Positions 58,241-64,000 of a stretch of 64,000 bases of DNA are shown piece after piece. The stretch spans positions 186,001 through 250,000 of the forward strand of contig MCFE01000016.1 of assembly GCA_002104905.1 (NCBI GenBank), given 5' to 3'. Source of the DNA: Basidiobolus meristosporus CBS 931.73. Its lineage: Eukaryota; Fungi; Basidiobolomycota. A program made the position numbers and the translations under genes. The notes beneath the pieces are model-generated. The model made no database searches, was not told where the DNA came from, and worked only from the letters and a program-made list of their open reading frames with translations. How positions within the stretch are numbered: the first letter of the stretch is position 1; each line of letters opens with the position of its first letter.

Positions 58241-61090
58241 CTAGAACCTCTCTAATAAGTAATCTAATTTATGTTTTGTTTCATCTCTTATGTTTGTTTC
58301 AATAAAGTAAAGCTCATCAGGGGTAAATATAAAATTCAGGGGTTTTGGGGGAAGTACAAATTGTAGATGTTTCTGATCAATATAATCCAAGACTGGAACC
58401 CAGCCTGGGATTAGGTGTAGTAGGAAAGGTGTGTGGACTTGTAAGTAGCTCTGCCACATAGATCTTAGATGGTCCTGAGCCAGTAGTCTTGGTTTCTCAG
58501 CTTTTTGAAGTTTTGAAGCAAGCTCTGTTACTACAGCAGAGCCAACCAGGGTGTGCCAGCAAGAAGATTTCAGGGAGGAGTTAGATTGAAGCCATTGTTT
58601 GATGGAGGGGTTATGTGATTTCTGAAGTTTGACTAGGAAGGAAGCACGGAGATAGACCATTCGGATTTGGTATGGGTAGAAGCCAAAGGCTCCATTAGTT
58701 GCATGGATATAGGGAGATACTGGAAGATAAGGTACCAAGGATCTGATACACTGATGGAGAAATTTATCCAGGCGGTGAAGTTCTCTGGAGGTTAGGGGTA
58801 TAATGTGGAGACCAAACTCAAGTACCGGCAGTACATACTGCTTCAGAAGTATAGGGATCTTTTGAATTGGAGTGTCTGGAGTGACTACTACCAGAAGCTT
58901 TTTGAGAGCCTGTTGAGCAAGACGGATCCTATTATTCAGGTGGAGCTTTGAGTCAATCCCATGTTGACAAAATGGCAGACCTAGATATATTGCAGTTTGT
59001 TGTGGCAGAATGCTAGTGTTCTGTATAGTTGTAGTGCATCCAATTGGGACTGTCTTGGAAATTGAGAGTGAGAGGTTGTTGGCAGCCAAGTACTTCTCAA
59101 TGATGGCAGTGTCTGCTATGGGATTAGGAGTAGCAATCTTGATATCATCCGCATAGAGAGTTAGTAGTGGATAGGGAGAGTCTGGTGAGGGGCCTTTTGG
59201 AAATAAAGGAAAGTCATGTAGGAATATCACAAATAGTAAGGGACCTAGTACAGATCCTTGGACTACTCCATTTGGAACCTCATAAGTCTCTGATGTACAA
59301 CTTGGATGCAAAATTTTGGCTGAGTTCTCACAAAATAGAGAACGTACAAGAAGGGTCATTGGTAGTGTGGTAACTGCTAATAGCTTTCTCCAAAGCAGAG
59401 CTCTGTCCACAGAGTCAAAGGCTTTAGTAATGTCAAACAGAATGGTTGGAAATGAGAATTGAAGTGAATGATCATGGCTTAGCACTACAGCCATATCCAA
59501 GGAGAGTTTGGGCAAGAAGCCAAACTGAGAAGGATGGAATGGATATAGTTGAGATTGCAAGGACCTTGCAATTATAAGCTCAAAGATTTTCCGGCAGGTT
59601 GGCAGGAGTGAAACTGGCCGGTAAGAACCTGGGAGTGAGTGTTTCCCCTTCCCTTTGTATAAGGGTATTACATTTGCCTGTGACCAGGCCTTTGGGGTAG
59701 TCAATTGTTGGGCACAGATAGAGTAGAATGGGAGAAGTAAGTGACTCATTTTGGAGTAGCACACCCGGAGTAGATCGTAGGTAATCAAGTCATGTCCAGG
59801 TGCAGTATTTGCAGGAAGCTTCTTTAAAATTTTCTCCAGAAGCTTTGCTGAAACCAAAATTGGAGATGTTGGACTGCTAGATATGTTACCAGTATGGTAG
59901 AAAGGAGGAGTGGGATGCACGGTTGAATCAAAGAATATAGGGGCCAGTTTGTCTGGTGATGGTATACTCCTTGCTTGGGGTCTCATGGCTTTATATACTC
60001 TTGATATGGACCTTGTGGTGGCATTCATATTTACTAAGGGCAAGGTATCCATGATATGAGCCCATAATCTAGTGTGCTCAGTGATCTGTAGTGACTTGGA
60101 GTAGGAGATTGCGCTTTCCAGGAGGTTCTGTGTTTTTGGGTCAGGGAAACATAGGTAGCTGGAATTTAAGGCAGAAATGATGGATTTCCATTTAAGTTGG
60201 TTTGCAGATGGCTTTTGGTAGGACTTGGTGGGCAGGGCCAGACAGCCAGTGATTATGATGAAATGCTGGTAAAATAGCCATAATGCATTTATATCATCAC
60301 AAATCCATGCAGGTAAGCTGGGAAATGCATATTCTGTAAGCAAGGATAGGTAGCTGGCAAAGTCCTGTGTCTGTGATACTGAAGCTTTGGCTGGCAGGAT
60401 TGTAAATGGCTGAAGAAGGGTGCCAATTGGTAGGGTTTTTCTGGCAGAAATGATAATATGTATTGGCTTGTGATCAGATTTCTCTAGTGAACCACAGCTG
60501 ATATCCTCTGGAATGCTTGTAACCTGGTGGATGTATTGTAAGGCAGCTGGAGTAGCTGTTACCCAGTCAACACAACGTTGAGCTTGCTGAGTGTTTACAG
60601 TGACCAGATGGTTTTGTCGGAGGAACTTTGTAAAGTGCTCCTCTCTAGTTCTAAGTCTGGATGAAATAGTGGTGATATTTTCAGGGTGGGGAATATTTAT
60701 ATCTCCCACTACCATACAAGGGATTGATGAGCTGTTAATGAATTCTGATGTGGCCAAGAAAATTGCCAGTGTTATGGAGTTAGACAGAGATGGAGGGAGA
60801 TAGATAATAATGGCTACTATAGTTGGAAGTGTTAGAGCATAGCAGTAATACTCATAGATGATGGATACATTTGCTGAGGGTGCAAGCTTAGAAGATGAAA
60901 GAGCAACAAGTGCCATTGAGTGAGCTGGAAATCTTGGGTGAGCAGATGAATATGCATTCAGTCTAGAGGGAAGTTTTGGCAACTTAACATCAATTAGTAG
61001 GAGCAAGGAATATTCCTTTTTCAGTAAGTTTTCTAATTCAGCTACAGTTGGAGTGATGGAGTTGCAATTGAGTAAGAGTATGTTTTGTAG
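58241..61090 (-). CDS. LINE ORF2: AP-endonuclease + reverse transcriptase (no ATG upstream of APE motif I)
   Basis: Open from 61090; APE ILLLNCNSI, IYLPP, VGDIN, CVDW, SDHKPI; RT TAPGHDLI, YRPVSLL, QFGF, DITKAFDSV, GVVQGSVLGPLLF, YADD, YLGL. Confidence 0.93.
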   Translation of the reverse strand, partial: LQNILLLNCNSITPTVAELENLLKKEYSLLLLIDVKLPKLPSRLNAYSSAHPRFPAHSMALVALSSSKLAPSANVSIIYEYYCYALTLPTIVAIIIYLPPSLSNSITLAIFLATSEFINSSSIPCMVVGDINIPHPENITTISSRLRTREEHFTKFLRQNHLVTVNTQQAQRCVDWVTATPAALQYIHQVTSIPEDISCGSLEKSDHKPIHIIISARKTLPIGTLLQPFTILPAKASVSQTQDFASYLSLLTEYAFPSLPAWICDDINALWLFYQHFIIITGCLALPTKSYQKPSANQLKWKSIISALNSSYLCFPDPKTQNLLESAISYSKSLQITEHTRLWAHIMDTLPLVNMNATTRSISRVYKAMRPQARSIPSPDKLAPIFFDSTVHPTPPFYHTGNISSSPTSPILVSAKLLEKILKKLPANTAPGHDLITYDLLRVCYSKMSHLLLPFYSICAQQLTTPKAWSQANVIPLYKGKGKHSLPGSYRPVSLLPTCRKIFELIIARSLQSQLYPFHPSQFGFLPKLSLDMAVVLSHDHSLQFSFPTILFDITKAFDSVDRALLWRKLLAVTTLPMTLLVRSLFCENSAKILHPSCTSETYEVPNGVVQGSVLGPLLFVIFLHDFPLFPKGPSPDSPYPLLTLYADDIKIATPNPIADTAIIEKYLAANNLSLSISKTVPIGCTTTIQNTSILPQQTAIYLGLPFCQHGIDSKLHLNNRIRLAQQALKKLLVVVTPDTPIQKIPILLKQYVLPVLEFGLHIIPLTSRELHRLDKFLHQCIRSLVPYLPVSPYIHATNGAFGFYPYQIRMVYLRASFLVKLQKSHNPSIKQWLQSNSSLKSSCWHTLVGSAVVTELASKLQKAEKPRLLAQDHLRSMWQSYLQVHTPFLLHLIPGWVPVLDYIDQKHLQFVLPPKPLNFIFTPDELYFIETNIRDETKHKLDYLLERF

Positions 61091-62749
61091 TCAGGCAGAC
61101 TCTGAGGTTGCCTGTTCCTGCTGAAACTCTTGCACTGCCCTTTGTAAATTTCCAGAATTATTCCACAACTCTTCAAATGGAGCTTGTGTAATGTCTTTCA
61201 GGATTCTAATTGCTTCCTCTTTCAAGAAGTAGGCCACATCATAGGTTGGAGCCTGTTTCTAAATGGCAGCAAAGAAAGCCATAATTGCCATGTGAGCTGG
61301 GGGCTTGTTGAATATTCCTGGCTCAGTGTCCATTGACTCTGGTGGAATGATTGTGAATTTGGTAGACACCCAGTTTAGATTTTTTGCCAGATACTTAGTC
61401 AATGCAGTGGAGAAGTTTCTGTCCACAATCATTTCTAGGATCTTTCCTCTTCTCCAAGCTAGGTTAACAATTTTTGAAGTGTCAATATTTAGAGAGCGGA
61501 ATGTATGTCTGATGTTTGATATAGTAGTCCATGGAACATTGGCAAAGTATAGCAAGGACCAATTCTGGAGCTGAGGTAAGTTTGCTGGAGGCTTATAGGT
61601 AGACTTCCTGGCAGGTTGTGTGGTAGGCTTTAGTGTTTCCAAGGTAGCAAGTTGTGGTTGAGACTTTTTAGAATTACGTATGACTTTGGAAAGAATTCTG
61701 CCAGCAACTGTGTCAGGAATGTTAGTACTTGTTGATGGTGCAGGGCCTGGCTCCTGGTACTGCTTTTGTAGAATACTTGAGTATGTCTCTTTTTGTTTTC
61801 CTTTATCCAAGGTGCTATGCCTTGGAATGGGATTTTGGGGAATAGAGACTTCAGGTATCAACTCTGGGGTCTGGTGATTGTCCAACATTGTTGCTTGAGC
61901 TTCCAGCTTTTCCTCTAAGATTTGAACTCTCTGCTTAAGCTCATCATTTGACGCTATAAGTGTGGCATTGTTTGGAGCCAGGTCAGGTGTTGAGTTATGA
62001 AGGCAGGTTGAGCAGCGTTCTAACTCCTTTGTTTGGTCATCCAACTTTTCTTCTAAGGTTTGAACCCTCAATTTGAGTGCACCATTTGAGGTTAGAAGCT
62101 CCAAGTTATCAGCCTGCAACTTCTTTAGATCCCTAAATATCTCAAATATCTGTGCCTGCAAGTCTTTAGCAGTGATATTTCTGATGGGTACTATTTCCTC
62201 TAGGAGTTCTTCTTGAGCCAGGTGAGCATTGGGACTTGAGCACTCTACTGAAGGAGTTGCTGGAATTTCCTCAATGTCTGACAAAACTCCTTCACTTGCA
62301 GCATCAGTTGTATGATTATCCTGAGTAGCAGCAACAACCTCAAGTTCACAAGGACCAGTTGAAGTAAAACATTTCTTGGGTGGGACTATCTCAAGAGGCT
62401 TGGGTGGGACTTTTGCTTTGAATGGTGAGGTACTAGGATCAAGAATTGGGACTGGGACAGAAGCTATGGTGTCTATTTCAGCAGCAGTTGCTGTAGAGCT
62501 ACTGGGGCTCTGACTGGCTGGTTTTTTGGTCTTTGCCTTCACTCCTGCTACCAACTGGTCAAGACCACAAATCTTTGTACAGGCCTTGCATTGGACCTGC
62601 TTGACCTTATTCTTGCCAGCACGGCCATTGAGCTTCCATTTGCCTCTGATACCACAGGCAGTGCAGTCAAGTTTTGAATACCATCTTCTGAAGAGAGTCA
62701 GATCCTCTTTTTCCTCACTGGTAAGAATCACCTTACTTTGTGGAGGCAT
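61091..62749 (-). CDS. LINE ORF1 (Zn ribbon, coiled coil, conserved C-terminal domain) with an internal TAG at 61261-61259
   Basis: CTACG...LNG...QVQCKAC; coiled coil LKLRVQTLEEKL; frame continues 55 codons past the TAG to TGA at 61093-61091, and those codons align with the paralog at 56784. Confidence 0.85.
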
Positions 62750-62811
62750 ATTTCAATTTCCTAAAAAAAAAAAAAACAAAATGAGAATCTTTAGTGTGAT
62801 GTAGTCTCTAT

Positions 62812-63339
62812 GGTTAGGGGGGAGGAAAGTCACCAAGTGGTGAAATCTTTATTTACTTATGACAAGTATCTAAAGAAGCCAAGTTAATCTGAAGTTATTC
62901 CTAGAAAGCTAGGTCTGAGAGATATCTTCCTGGTAAGCCAGGTCTGAGAGTTGAGAAGCTGAGTGGTACTATATTTCCTAGTTAGCTAGGTCTGAGAGAG
63001 GTTTCCTGGAAAGCCAGGCCTGAGAAGTGAGAATCTGAATATATCTGAGCTAAGTTATACTGGTTTGCGGTAGCTGAATTGTGGCCGGAATGGCCAGTAG
63101 ACTGGGGGAACTGAGAAGAATTTCTGGGCAATCACTGGCCATATTTACTAGGCAAATCTGGCCAATTAGCATTTCAAGGATCTCAGCCAATCAGAGCCTT
63201 TACTTTGCCCGATGGTTGATCAAGCCATCTCCCAATGAGCACACATCAATTTATTAATCAAATTTTGCAGGATCCAGGATTTGAACCCACAACCATGGGT
63301 ATGGAAGGGTTAGGGATAACCACAAGGCTAAGTGTTCTT
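62812..63339 (-). mobile_element. tRNA-derived SINE, copy 1 (528 bp), with LINE-type CCCTAA tail
   Basis: A box TAGCCTTGTGG (63330-63320), B box GGTTCAAATCC (63287-63277), 32-nt spacing; 3' stem-loop + CCCTAACC tail. Confidence 0.85.
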
Positions 63340-63866
63340 GGTTAGGGGGAGGAAAGTCACCAAGTGGTGAAATCTTTATTTACTTATGACAAGTATCTAA
63401 AGAAGCCAAGTTAATCTGAAGTAATTCCTAGAAAGCTAGGTCTGAGAGATATCTTCCTGGTAAGCCAGGTCTGAGAGTTGAGAAGCTGAGTGGTACTATA
63501 TTTCCTAGTTAGCTAGGTCTGAGAGAGGTTTCCTGGAAAGCCAGGCCTGAGAAGTGAGAATCTGAATATATCTGAGCTAAGTTATACTGGTTTGCGGTAG
63601 CTGAATTGTGGCCGGAATGGCCAGTAGACTAGGGGAACTGAGATGAATTTCTGGGCAATCACTGGCCAAATTTACTAGGCAAATCTGACCAATTAGCATT
63701 TCAAGGATTTCAGCCAATCAGAGCCTTTACTTTGCCCGATGGTTGATCAAGCCATCTCCCAATGAGCACACGTCAATTTATTGATCAAATTTTGTTGGAT
63801 CCAGGATTTGAACCCACAACCATGGGTATGGAAGGGTTAGGGATAACCACAAGGCTAAGTGTTCTT
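63340..63866 (-). mobile_element. tRNA-derived SINE, copy 2 (527 bp)
   Basis: A box 63857-63847, B box 63814-63804; about 10 substitutions and one G indel relative to copy 1. Confidence 0.85.
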
Positions 63867-64000
63867 GGTTAGGGTTAGGGGGGATGATCATCACCAAAGG
63901 GTGAAATCTTTATTTAAATAATAAATAAAGAAGCCAAGTTTGAATATGAATATCTGAGATGCAGGAAACCTACAAGATAAACTTGGACTTTGCTGTATCC
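63867..64000 (-). mobile_element. 3' end of a further CCCTAA-tailed element (runs off the window)
   Basis: Plus strand GGTTAGGGTTAGGGGGGATGATCATCACCAAAGGGTGAAATCTTTATTT...TAAAGAAGCCAAG; same tail grammar, different body. Confidence 0.8.

Larger units (their letters stand above)
58152..62811 (-). mobile_element. Full-length APE-type LINE with CCCTAA tail
   Basis: ORF1 + ORF2 (APE endonuclease, RT), short 3' UTR ending AATAAAGATTTCACCAACTTGGTGACTTTCCCTCCCCCTAA, ~60-nt 5' leader. Confidence 0.93.

Noticed and set aside
63804-63866. A/B boxes considered as a genuine tRNA gene
   Set aside because: Acceptor, D and anticodon stems do not pair and there is no downstream T-run terminator; treated as a SINE head.
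62812-63866. Tandem 527-bp units as an assembly duplication
   Set aside because: The copies differ at about 10 positions plus a G indel in the tail, which argues for real separate copies.

Overview
Eukaryotic (fungal-type) genomic DNA with short GT-AG introns; the gene set and intron style suggest an early-diverging fungus (inference). About 17 host protein-coding genes or candidates: GH17 glucanase, SWI1/ARID, 7TM receptor, small secreted peptide, NUS1, two paralogous membrane proteins, CBS-PB1, F-box/LRR, GH15, a ~2470-aa acidic repeat protein, cold-shock-domain protein, SUZ protein, a hypothetical protein, EFM3-like methyltransferase, kinesin-13-like motor and a mitochondrial carrier. Two CpG-poor transposon islands interrupt them. 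Island 1 (~14.7-20.8 kb) is a nest of Copia LTRs with readable 5-bp TSDs. Island 2 (55.4 kb to the window end) holds the most striking system. A Copia gag is cut off at a TTAGGG junction and followed by a head-to-tail array of minus-strand non-LTR retroelements that all end in the same 3' stem-loop plus (CCCTAA)n tail. The array contains an ORF1-only element with a 101-bp monomer array, a 46-nt tail-only stub, a full APE-RT LINE whose ORF2 follows ORF1 in frame after a TGA-CTA stop, two tRNA-headed SINEs, and the tail of a further element. Polarity and tails fit telomere-repeat-primed retrotransposition (HeT-A/TART- or MoTeR-like), but whether a chromosome end lies to the right cannot be seen here.
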